DNA of 18,132 nucleotides from Desulfobacterales bacterium (GTDB taxonomy: Bacteria; Desulfobacterota; Desulfobacteria; Desulfobacterales; C00003060), in NCBI GenBank assembly GCA_030616475.1, contig JAUWXF010000054.1, forward strand, positions 1 to 18,132, read 5' to 3'. Below, one piece after another: positions 5,095 through 13,097 of the stretch. Each line of letters opens with the position of its first letter. Position 1 is the first letter of the stretch. Under the pieces are notes generated by a model. It did not search any database, had not been told where the DNA came from, and saw nothing but the letters and a program-made list of their open reading frames with translations. Made by a program: the position numbers and the translations under genes.

Positions 5095-5583
5095 ATGGCT
5101 ATTGATAGAGAAGATGCAAGAATTCTGGTGGTAGATGATGATAAGGAGCTGGCCGATGGGCTGGTAGAGTCTTTGTCGAATCTGGGCTATTTGGCGGCTG
5201 CTGCTTATGGGGGCCGTGAAGCGCTGACCAGGTTTGAACAGGGTGCCTTCCAACTGGTTATCACCGATCTCAAGATGCCGGACATGGACGGTATGGAGCT
5301 TCTGGAGGCGGTCAAGGCGCGGGATAAGCAGGCCGTGGTTATCGTCATCACCGGTTATGGCACTATCGAATCGGCAGTCAAGGCCATAACGAACGGGGCC
5401 TACGACTTTATCACCAAGCCAATCAAGATGGAGGAGCTGGAGGTCATCATTGACCGGGCACTCGAAAGACATGCGATGTCTAAACAATTGGGGGTCTTCA
5501 AGGGCTTGACCCTGGCTCTGATCATCTCTGTCCCGCTGTGGCTCATACTGGGCATTGTACTTGCCGTGCTTTGGAGGAGATAA
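5095..5583 (+). CDS. Receiver-only response regulator with a C-terminal transmembrane anchor (paralog B)
   Basis: 162 aa with an ATG at 5095. By my manual alignment, 140/162 residues are identical to paralog A. All REC catalytic residues and the C-terminal hydrophobic helix are conserved. Confidence 0.9.
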   Translation: MAIDREDARILVVDDDKELADGLVESLSNLGYLAAAAYGGREALTRFEQGAFQLVITDLKMPDMDGMELLEAVKARDKQAVVIVITGYGTIESAVKAITNGAYDFITKPIKMEELEVIIDRALERHAMSKQLGVFKGLTLALIISVPLWLILGIVLAVLWRR

Positions 5584-5638
5584 GAATTGGGGAATTGAGG
5601 GATTAAGTCAAATTTAGGAATTAAGGGATTGTCGAAAT

Positions 5639-5676
5639 AAGGCCCAAGTCCGAGAGGATTTGGGCCTTTCTTTTTT
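5639..5676 (+). terminator. Rho-independent terminator of response regulator B
   Basis: Same stem as at 1505-1534: aaggcccaagtcc pairs with ggatttgggcctt. The loop is gaga instead of agca. The tail is tctttttt. Confidence 0.8.
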
Positions 5677-5773
5677 ATGGCTCAAAGACAATTCCACTGA
5701 GTGGAAAAGACGAGCAAAACAAAGGGGTTAGATCTCAACATTTGACCGCAGTAAAATAAGCCAAGTCTCGATC

Positions 5774-5802
5774 AGGGGTCAAATCTTTCATTTTGACAAT
5801 TC
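5774..5802. repeat. Right copy of the 29-bp inverted repeat
   Basis: The sequence is aggggtcaaatctttcattttgacaattc. See 4547-4575. Confidence 0.8.
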
Positions 5803-5830
5803 ATTCAGAAGAGTGAGGCTACCTTTGTAA

Positions 5831-6271
5831 GTTTTATACCAGAAAAAAATAGAACCTCAACATTTTGCTGCCTGTATCAGTACAGACAAAGGGATAAGAC
5901 AGATTGATGCTGTCAGGCATTTCAGTTACCATAATACAATGGAAGAAGAATTGACCAAAGTCCCACTTCCCAACTCGTATCAAGAAACAGTCTATGTGAT
6001 GCATGCACCGCCGTTTCAAACCAATTTGGACGTCTTGTATGACAGGCGCTCGGTTGGAAGCCGCGCCATCCGGCAATTCATCGAAAAAAACCAGCCTTAC
6101 CTGACTTTGCACGGCCACATACATGAAGCGCCTTCACGTTCCGGAAGTTACTGGGACAAAATCGGCGATACCGTTTGCGTCAATCCCGGCCAGGCGACCA
6201 AGGACCTCCATGCCGTCATGTTTGAGCTGGAAGATGTCTTGAATACAATGAATCATACCATCTTTGGATAA
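5831..6271 (+). pseudogene. Metallophosphoesterase (calcineurin-like), C-terminal fragment only
   Basis: VYVMHAPPFQTNLD...GS.AIRQFIEKNQPYLTLHGHIHE...VCVNPG carries the late motifs (H-x-P and GHxH). The N-terminal metal-binding motifs (DxH, GDxxDR, GNH[DE]) are absent. The frame is open only back to a TAA at 5828-5830. The first ATG is at 5939. Confidence 0.7.
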
Positions 6272-6487
6272 CTTTGATATTATAGGAATTTCCTTTTTTG
6301 CCCCACCAAACCCTCCCCCTGTTCCAGACTGGATAACATACCTGACAGACCGATTTGAGCGTCTAACACCCTGGTGTTCTTCTCGAGTTTATTGCCGCGG
6401 TTGGACGTTCTGTAGCCCTTGATTTTGCCGGCCATTATGCTTATTGTAACATAGTACAAAGAGCTAAGTTCCGATCTGGGGAATGGC

Positions 6488-6739
6488 ATGAACAAAATGC
6501 GTGTAAAGTGCATCAAGTGCAAAAAGGAATGGCAAAAAGATTCCTCGCTTTCTTGGGGACGTGAGGATATTACATCATCGCTGTGCGATTCCTGCTTTAG
6601 AAAAACAATCACTCCTGTCATTCACAGGAAACAATTGCATAGAGGTCATTTAGACTGTTTTGACAAACCGGGCAACTACTGCGATGAATTTCAGTGCAAG
6701 TACAGAAAATGGTGTTCCCGCGCAAAAGAAGCAGCATAA
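6488..6739 (+). CDS. Small Cys-rich protein (83 aa), putative zinc-binding, function unknown
   Basis: GGGGA lies 7 nt upstream of the ATG. Cysteines form CxxC (CIKC) ... CxxC (CDSC), then C-x10-C-x4-C-x6-C (DCFDKPGNYCDEFQCKYRKWC). I recognise no family. Confidence 0.55.
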   Translation: MNKMRVKCIKCKKEWQKDSSLSWGREDITSSLCDSCFRKTITPVIHRKQLHRGHLDCFDKPGNYCDEFQCKYRKWCSRAKEAA

Positions 6740-6983
6740 AAGTTCTTCGAATTAACAATGCCCTGCATAGCTTCCATCCTTAATTTTGAATACATCTGAT
6801 AGTACAATGGAATAATGGGTTCTGCGAAAATGGGACAGTGGCTTATTGGCAAAATCTCTCTTAACAGGGAAGCTAATAAATGTGTAACTTCCTTTAAAAA
6901 CCAACATTCCAACATTCCATTATGAGCGCAAGCTTCACTTCGTGTCCAGTATTCCAATTGCGGAGCGAAGCGGAGCTAAGTTC

Positions 6984-7295
6984 TTAAACTTTGTTGAAAA
7001 ATTCTTGTAACTGCTTGATAACAGCAACTTTTGTATCTAAAGATGTATCATCCTCAAATAAGAACTCCAGTAGAAATATCATCTTATAATCCACCGCTGA
7101 TGTCTTATATTCCTGGAGAGAGGTAACCTTGACGTCCTTCACTTTGCCATAATCACCTGCCTTAAACAGATCGGTTTTTCTCAGGATGAGATTGATTGCC
7201 TCCTGGGCATCGTTAGGACTATCCAACACAATTTCAATTCCATCCAATTTTTTCAAAGCCTTAATCATCTTTTCGCTTTCGACCTTTATTTTCAT
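6984..7295 (-). CDS. Hypothetical protein (103 aa) in AT-rich DNA
   Basis: I prefer the ATG at the complement of 7293-7295 (MKIKVESEKMIKALKKLDG...) because GGAAGAG precedes it. The track ORF extends to 7403 with an Arg/Cys-rich N-terminus that does not look like protein. No recognisable domain. Confidence 0.5.
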   Translation of the reverse strand: MKIKVESEKMIKALKKLDGIEIVLDSPNDAQEAINLILRKTDLFKAGDYGKVKDVKVTSLQEYKTSAVDYKMIFLLEFLFEDDTSLDTKVAVIKQLQEFFNKV

Positions 7296-7522
7296 TTCAC
7301 TCTTCCATGAGAACCAATTTCGTCTCGTTCTATCTCGTACAGGTAGCCGTCTTTCTTTGTGCCTGTATTGTATTATCATCATACAACATTTTAGACATTT
7401 CAAGCATTTTGATTATGAGGGTATTGTCTTTGACAGGTTCTTTAGCAGATAAGTTATTTACATTATAAAGAATTTCGGGTTTCCCGAAAAACCTTTTTTG
7501 TGGACACGTTTGGCCGAAAACC

Positions 7523-7551
7523 TTGACAAAAGTTATGATTTCAATTAGAGA
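7523..7551 (+). promoter_or_regulatory. Candidate promoter for the YihY-family gene
   Basis: TTGACA (7523-7528), 17-nt spacer, TAGAGA (7546-7551). Pattern match only. Confidence 0.3.
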
Positions 7552-7599
7552 TCTACAATGAAATCGATTGGTTGATTGAGTATAGATCGTGTGGTCGTC

Positions 7600-8994
7600 A
7601 TGAATGCAAAACAACTCAAGACAGCTATGACCAGGTTCATTTGGGGAGCCGAGGTAGCCTCCTTGCCTTGGTGCAAGGCCTGGCTTATCAGCGCACTTCG
7701 AGTGTCCTACGTGGTTGTATACGATCTAGCTAAAGGTCAGCTCACCCTCCAGGCGATGAGCCTCGTCTATACCACACTGCTTGCCCTGGTGCCGCTGCTT
7801 GCCTTCAGCTTCTCCGTTTTGAAGGGGTTCGGGGTACACAACCAGGTTGAACCGTTGCTGCTGAACTTCCTGGAGCCGTTGGGAGAGAAAGGGATCGAGA
7901 TCAGCGGTCGCATCATTGGTTTTGTGGATAACGTCAAGACAGGGATCCTTGGCTCTGTTGGCCTTGCGCTTCTCATCTACACGGTCATCTCTTTGATCCG
8001 GAAGATCGAGCGAGCATTCAACTACATGTGGCACGTCAAGCGGAGCCGGCCGTTTGGACAGTGCTTCAGCGACTACTTGAGCGTGATTTTGATTGGCCCT
8101 GTGCTCGTGTTTTCCGCCCTCGGCATCATGGCATCCGTAATGAGCACGGCGGTGGTGCAGAAGCTGGTGGCAATTGAACCGTTTGGCAGCCTTTTAAAGG
8201 TGGCGAGCCAACTGCTGCCATACCTCCTGATCATCGTCGCATTCACGTTCTTCTATATCTTTATACCCAACACCAGGGTGCGCCTTCGCTCCGCGTTAAC
8301 CGGTGCGGTGATAGGAGGTGTTCTGTGGGGAGCCACGGGTTGGGCGTTCGCTTCCTTTGTCGTGACCTCCTCCAAGTACACGGCTATTTACTCCGGCTTA
8401 GCGATTCTCATAATGTTCATGCTCTGGCTCTACCTTAGCTGGCTGATCTTGCTCGTCGGGGCGAGCATAGCCTTTTATCACCAGCATCCCGAGTCCCTGA
8501 CTACGGATCGGCACGAACTACAGTTGAGTAACCGTCTGAAAGAGAAGCTGTCCCTGCTGATAATGCTCCTGATCGGGCAGAACTACTATCACCGCCGTCC
8601 CGCATGGACTATGGAAGGCCTCGCACAGCGCCTCCGCGTACCCATGGAAACTCTGGAACCCATCTTAGAGACCCTGGAGCAGTATGGCCTGTTAACACAG
8701 ACCGGCGATGAGCCTCCATCCTACTTGCCTGCCCGACCCCTGGAGACTACCGAGCTTAAAGACGTACTCGATGCGGTTCGCGCAGCCCATGAAGTGTCCC
8801 ATCTTAATGTGCAAAGACTCCCTGCCGAGCTTGTCGTTGAGCAACTGGTCGACCACCTCGACCAGGCCTTAGCCGAGGCGCTCCAGGGTCGTACCTTAAA
8901 GGAGCTGGCATTATCGGAGCCGCCACCTGTGACATCGGTCTCCCAATCGCCGCCGCCGCAGGCGGCCCCCTCTGGGCGCCGCCGTGAGGTCTGA
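7600..8994 (+). CDS. YihY/BrkB-family inner-membrane protein with a long cytoplasmic C-terminal extension
   Basis: Family-typical segments are present: LTLQAMSLVYTTLLALVPLLAF, IERAFNYMWHVKRSRPF, YIFIPNTRVRLRSALTGA and YSGLAILIMFMLWLYLSWLILLVGA. The ATG at 7600 is preferred over the track TTG at 7576. The last roughly 170 aa are soluble and end in a Pro-rich tail. Confidence 0.9.
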   Translation: MNAKQLKTAMTRFIWGAEVASLPWCKAWLISALRVSYVVVYDLAKGQLTLQAMSLVYTTLLALVPLLAFSFSVLKGFGVHNQVEPLLLNFLEPLGEKGIEISGRIIGFVDNVKTGILGSVGLALLIYTVISLIRKIERAFNYMWHVKRSRPFGQCFSDYLSVILIGPVLVFSALGIMASVMSTAVVQKLVAIEPFGSLLKVASQLLPYLLIIVAFTFFYIFIPNTRVRLRSALTGAVIGGVLWGATGWAFASFVVTSSKYTAIYSGLAILIMFMLWLYLSWLILLVGASIAFYHQHPESLTTDRHELQLSNRLKEKLSLLIMLLIGQNYYHRRPAWTMEGLAQRLRVPMETLEPILETLEQYGLLTQTGDEPPSYLPARPLETTELKDVLDAVRAAHEVSHLNVQRLPAELVVEQLVDHLDQALAEALQGRTLKELALSEPPPVTSVSQSPPPQAAPSGRRREV

Positions 8995-9279
8995 ATGCTG
9001 AATGGCGTCAACTTGACATGGGACAAAATGAGCATTTGGCTAACAGAAAAATCATTAGAGCAGACTACCGCCGCTGAAACCAGCCTTCCAGTCTGTCGAT
9101 TCGTCGAGATTCAGCCCACCCCACCAAACCGATGAGACATTGCGTCTTGAGCGTCATAAAGACCTCCTGCATCTGGCGAGACGATATTGTAAGACAAAGA
9201 GAAGATTTCTGCAACAGCCTCGGCGGGGTTTGAGAAAAAGCGACAGGCCTAAACGCCATGAACCCTAATCCAAAATTCC

Positions 9280-9308
9280 TTGACATCAGAGCTTATGAAG
9301 ATTATCCA
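9280..9308 (+). promoter_or_regulatory. Candidate promoter for the small ORF and hybrid kinase
   Basis: TTGACA (9280-9285), 17-nt spacer, TATCCA (9303-9308). Pattern match only. Confidence 0.3.
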
Positions 9309-9371
9309 GATATCCATGGTAGACTCGTTTGCGTAGCTATTAATAGATCCAACCATTAGAGAGGAGGCAAA

Positions 9372-9515
9372 ATGACACGATCTTATGCCGTGCATTTTCC
9401 TCAACGCTCACCACAAGGCTCTTTACCCATCCAGCTTGAGGTGGTTTGGAACCTATTATGTTACCCGATGGACTTTTTTGTCTTAGGGGCAATTGCAGGA
9501 TTCTCTGATGACTAA
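9372..9515 (+). CDS. Small ORF (47 aa) overlapping the start of the hybrid kinase gene
   Basis: A strong GAGGAGG lies at 9361-9367, 4 nt before the ATG at 9372. My translation is MTRSYAVHFPQRSPQGSLPIQLEVVWNLLCYPMDFFVLGAIAGFSDD. The stop at 9513-9515 overlaps kinase ATG 9508 (GATGACTAA). It is below the size cutoff of the ORF track. Confidence 0.35.
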   Translation: MTRSYAVHFPQRSPQGSLPIQLEVVWNLLCYPMDFFVLGAIAGFSDD

Positions 9516-11118
9516 GAAACCGACTTACGAAGAATTGGAACAAAGGGTCAAGGAGTTAGAAAAGGAAGCCGTTGAGCGCAGGCACGCGGAGGAAGAAATA
9601 AGAATTTATCGATCTATGGTTGAATCCGCCCATGATGCTATCTTTTTCAAAGACTTGAAAAGCCGCTATGTTATCACCAACGCCAAAACCTTAGAAGCCT
9701 TTGGGTTATCCAAAGAGAAAGTTATTGGAAGGAATGACTATGAAATAATGCCAAATAAGGAAGAAGCGAAGAAAAATATTGAAGATGACCAGATTGTTTT
9801 CAAGACAGGTAAGCCAAAAGAAATTACTAAGCACATGACTGGCAGAGATGCAAAAGAATACTGGTTCCAAGCCATAAAGGTTCCGCAATTTGATCATAAA
9901 GGAAATATTGTTGGGCTTGTTGGCATTGCCCGTGACGTCACCGAGCAAAAGCAGGCGGAAGAAGAAAAAAGGAGACTTGAAGCCCAACTCCAACAAGCCC
10001 GGAAGCTGAAGGCCATTGGCACCTTAGCCGGAGGCATTGCCCATGACATCAATAACGTGCTCATGGGTATCCAGGGGCACTCGTCTTTGGCGCTGCTGTA
10101 TGCTGACTCCGGCCGTCCCCATTCTGAACATCTCAAGGGAATAGAGGATATGGTTCAAAGGGGCGCAGCTCTTACCAAACAACTTTTAGGTTTTGCCATG
10201 GGCGGCAAATACGAGGTGAGACCTACGGACCTAAACGAGCTAATCGAGGATAGTTCTGAGATGTTTGGCCGCACCAGAAAAGAGATAAAGATTTATAGAA
10301 AATACCAGAAAGACATCCGGCCGGTCGAAGCAGATCGGGGGCAGATTGATCAGGTGTTGTTAAACCTCTATGTCAATGCCTGGCATGCCATGCCGCGTGG
10401 CGGAGACCTCTATATTGAAACAAGCAGCGTTGTGCTTGACAAAAACTATACCAAGCCTTTTGGTGTGAACCCTGGCAATTATGTCAGGATATCTGTAACA
10501 GACACCGGAGTGGGTATGGATGAGGCTACCCAGCAAAGGATATTTGACCCCTTTTTTACCACCAAAGAGATGGGCCGTGGAACAGGCTTAGGTCTCGCCT
10601 CTGCTTATGGGATCATCAAGAACCATGGCGGCGTCATGAATGTTTACAGTAAAAAGGGTGAAGGAACCACCTTTAACGTTTACCTGCCGGCTTCGGAAAA
10701 GGAGGTCACAATAAGAGAAAAGAAACTGGCTGACAAGATCTTAAGGGGCACAGAGACTGTTCTTATTGTAGATGATGAGGCTATGATTCTTGATGTTGGC
10801 GAGGAGCTGCTGAAAGAAATGGGGTACAAGGTATTGCTGGCCAGAAGTGGGAAAGAAGCAGTAGAACTTTACAGGAAATACAAACACGAGATTGATCTGG
10901 TCATCCTCGACATGATCATGCCCGACATGGGCGGTGGCGAGGCCTATGACACAATGAAAGAGAACAACCCCAAGATAAAGGTTCTTCTTTCAACCGGCTA
11001 CAGCATAAGAGGCCAGGCCACCGAGATCCTGGAACGCGGCTGTAATGGCTTTATTCAGAAGCCGTTCAAAATAAAAGAGTTGTCTAGAAAAATAAGGGAA
11101 ATTCTAGACAAGCAATAG
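9508..11118 (+). CDS. Hybrid sensor histidine kinase (coiled coil, PAS, HisKA, HATPase_c, REC)
   Basis: The PAS region is YRSMVESAHDAIFFKD...GLVGIARDVTEQK. The H-box is GGIAHDINNVL and the N-box is LLNLYVNAWHAM. G1 is DTGVGM, F is FDPFFTTK and G2 is GTGLGLA. The C-terminal receiver is VLIVDDE...LVILDMIMPDMGG...STGY...FIQKPF. The ATG at 9508 is preferred to the track TTG at 9493. Confidence 0.9.
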   Translation: MTKKPTYEELEQRVKELEKEAVERRHAEEEIRIYRSMVESAHDAIFFKDLKSRYVITNAKTLEAFGLSKEKVIGRNDYEIMPNKEEAKKNIEDDQIVFKTGKPKEITKHMTGRDAKEYWFQAIKVPQFDHKGNIVGLVGIARDVTEQKQAEEEKRRLEAQLQQARKLKAIGTLAGGIAHDINNVLMGIQGHSSLALLYADSGRPHSEHLKGIEDMVQRGAALTKQLLGFAMGGKYEVRPTDLNELIEDSSEMFGRTRKEIKIYRKYQKDIRPVEADRGQIDQVLLNLYVNAWHAMPRGGDLYIETSSVVLDKNYTKPFGVNPGNYVRISVTDTGVGMDEATQQRIFDPFFTTKEMGRGTGLGLASAYGIIKNHGGVMNVYSKKGEGTTFNVYLPASEKEVTIREKKLADKILRGTETVLIVDDEAMILDVGEELLKEMGYKVLLARSGKEAVELYRKYKHEIDLVILDMIMPDMGGGEAYDTMKENNPKIKVLLSTGYSIRGQATEILERGCNGFIQKPFKIKELSRKIREILDKQ

Positions 11119-11140
11119 CACGCACTTCCGAATTGTGGAC

Positions 11141-12313
11141 ATGGCATTCGAAAAGGCGAGAAGCATGCCTGTTAACAATTTCCGCTACAAAGTAGAAAGG
11201 CTATTGTCCTTTGCTGACGTTAAAATCGACGGCGACCGCCCTTGGGATCTTCAGGTTCATAACGAGGACCTGTATGCAAGAATACTGGCGAAGGGATCGC
11301 TGGGTTTGGGCGAGTCTTATATGGACGGCTGGTGGGACTGCAACAGACTTGACGAATTTTTCAATAGAATTCTACGGGCCAAATTGGATGAGAGAGTCAA
11401 ACCATGGTCGGGGCTTTTCGGTATTCTTAAAGCTAAATTGTTCAACCCCCAGAAACCTTCACGTGCCTTTCAAATTGGGCAGCGCCATTATGATATTGGC
11501 AATAACCTTTACCGGCATATGCTTGGCGAGCGCTTAATCTATAGCTGCGGCTACTGGGAAAATGCGTCCACCCTGGACCAAGCACAGGAGGCCAAGCTTG
11601 ACCTGGTCTGCCGAAAATTAGACCTTCAGCCGGGAATGCATGTCCTGGATATCGGTTGCGGCTGGGGAGGGACGGCCAAATTTGCTGCTCAGCGTTACCA
11701 GGTTGAAGTAGTCGGCATCACCGTTTCTGAAGAACAGGCAAGGTTCGGGAAGGAACTCTGCCAGGATCTTCCGGTTGAGATCCGCTTACAAGACTACCGT
11801 GGCCTGGAAGGTGCTTTCGACCGTATTCTTTCCCTTGGCATGTTCGAACACGTCGGTTACAAGAATTACGTCACGTTTATGCGCGCCGTCAACAGCTACT
11901 TAAAGGATGGGGGGCTATTTCTGCTGCATACTATTGGTGGATACCGCTCGGTTACCAGGACCGACCCCTGGATAGAGCGTTACATCTTTCCAAATTCCAT
12001 GCTGCCCTCCGCAAGGCAGATCTGCGCCGCCGCCGAAGGGTTGTTTATTCTTGAGGACTGGCATAGTTTTGGTGCCGATTACGATAAGACCCTTATGCAC
12101 TGGTTTCGGAATTTCCATAATAATTGGGATACCCTTAAAGAAGAATATGACGAGCGATTCTACCGGATGTGGAAGTATTATCTCCTATCATTCGCCGGGT
12201 CGTTCCGTGCAAGGATAAACCAGTTGTGGCAGATAGTTCTTTCCCCCGGAGGCATACCGGGCGGTTACCGGCCACATCGCATATGCCGTATCGCACGATG
12301 CACTACGAATTAG
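11141..12313 (+). CDS. cfa: Cyclopropane-fatty-acyl-phospholipid synthase
   Basis: It aligns along its length to E. coli Cfa as I recall it: GSLGLGESYMDGWWDC, HYDIGNNLY, VLDIGCGWGG (SAM-binding motif), SLGMFEHVG, DPWIERYIFPN, EDWHSFGADYDKTL and QLWQIV. The start is ambiguous among 11135 (GTG), 11141 and 11165. Confidence 0.9.
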   Translation: MAFEKARSMPVNNFRYKVERLLSFADVKIDGDRPWDLQVHNEDLYARILAKGSLGLGESYMDGWWDCNRLDEFFNRILRAKLDERVKPWSGLFGILKAKLFNPQKPSRAFQIGQRHYDIGNNLYRHMLGERLIYSCGYWENASTLDQAQEAKLDLVCRKLDLQPGMHVLDIGCGWGGTAKFAAQRYQVEVVGITVSEEQARFGKELCQDLPVEIRLQDYRGLEGAFDRILSLGMFEHVGYKNYVTFMRAVNSYLKDGGLFLLHTIGGYRSVTRTDPWIERYIFPNSMLPSARQICAAAEGLFILEDWHSFGADYDKTLMHWFRNFHNNWDTLKEEYDERFYRMWKYYLLSFAGSFRARINQLWQIVLSPGGIPGGYRPHRICRIARCTTN

Positions 12314-12999
12314 ACAAAAGATGGCTCTGCATTGAGCTTCCTGCCACAGGGTACAGGGAGGCATGGAAACTTCAGGGTCAGCTTGTGGCTGCAAGAAAAG
12401 ACAAAATCATTGACACAAATGTTGTCCTGTTATTGGAACACCCCCCTGTTTTCACCCTTGGTCGCAGGGGCGGGTTGAACAACCTGACGGTGTCCGCGAA
12501 TTTTCTGAAAAAAGCGGGCATTCCCGTAATCCAGGTGGAGCGCGGCGGCAGCATTACTTTTCACGGCCCTGGCCAGCTCGTTATGTATCCGATCATTGAT
12601 CTCAATGTTGCCAGGCTGAGAGTGGTCGATTATGTTGAAAACCTCGAAGAAGTCATGATTCGGGCCGCTCTGGACTGGGGCATTAAGACTGAGAGGAATC
12701 CCATGAACAGGGGTGTATGGGTGGGCAATAACAAACTGGGGAGCGTCGGGATAGCTATTCGCCGGGGAATCTGCTTCCACGGCCTTGCATTTAACGTGAA
12801 TCCCTCACTAAAGCCTTTTGGCTGGATAAGTCCATGCGGTCTTAAAGATATAAGGATGACATCCATGGAGCGGGAGCTTTCCCGTAAAGTATCCATGAAT
12901 CAAGTACGCGAGACCGTAAAACGTCACGTCCAAGCGGTTTTCGGGGTTGAGCTTATCATGACAAGCCTATTAGAAGTACAAGGTCTTCTAAAAACGTAA
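12298..12999 (+). CDS. lipB: Lipoyl(octanoyl) transferase
   Basis: Motifs are LLLEHPPVFTLGRRG, VERGGSITFHGPGQLVMYPI, KLGSVGIAIRRGICFHGLAFNV and SPCG. The track ORF start at 12169 is an upstream in-frame extension overlapping cfa. ATG 12298 or 12283 is more plausible and overlaps the cfa end by 16-31 nt. Confidence 0.9.
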   Translation: MHYELDKRWLCIELPATGYREAWKLQGQLVAARKDKIIDTNVVLLLEHPPVFTLGRRGGLNNLTVSANFLKKAGIPVIQVERGGSITFHGPGQLVMYPIIDLNVARLRVVDYVENLEEVMIRAALDWGIKTERNPMNRGVWVGNNKLGSVGIAIRRGICFHGLAFNVNPSLKPFGWISPCGLKDIRMTSMERELSRKVSMNQVRETVKRHVQAVFGVELIMTSLLEVQGLLKT

Positions 13000-13005
13000 A
13001 TATAT

Positions 13006-13036
13006 TAGCCACAGACCCACACAGACGGACACAGAC
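13006..13036 (+). repeat. 31-nt direct repeat 1 (TAGCC + CACAGAC heptamers) flanking the GxxExxY gene
   Basis: tagccacagacccacacagacggacacagac matches 13458-13488 at 29/31 positions. It is followed by the hairpin ttttgcccgagc/gctcggccaaaa (13038-13066). Confidence 0.85.
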
Positions 13037-13097
13037 ATTTTGCCCGAGCGACCTGCTCGGCCAAAAGGCGTCATCCGCCACAGGCGGATAGGATGAG

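Noticed and set aside
6280-6957. The minus-strand ORFs 6280..6621 and 6691..6957.
   Set aside because: The first overlaps the better-supported Cys-rich + strand gene. The second spans repeat DNA and the 3' end of that gene. Neither has an RBS or motifs.
7186-7614. ORFs 7186..7452 (plus strand) and 7330..7614 (minus strand) in the AT-rich leader.
   Set aside because: AT-rich DNA gives long open frames by chance. These overlap the 6984-7295 gene or its upstream region, and also the start of the YihY-family gene.
8995-9135. A 46-codon ORF starting at TGAATG directly after the stop of the YihY-family gene.
   Set aside because: It has no RBS and no recognisable sequence features, and its length is compatible with chance. 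I could not support it.
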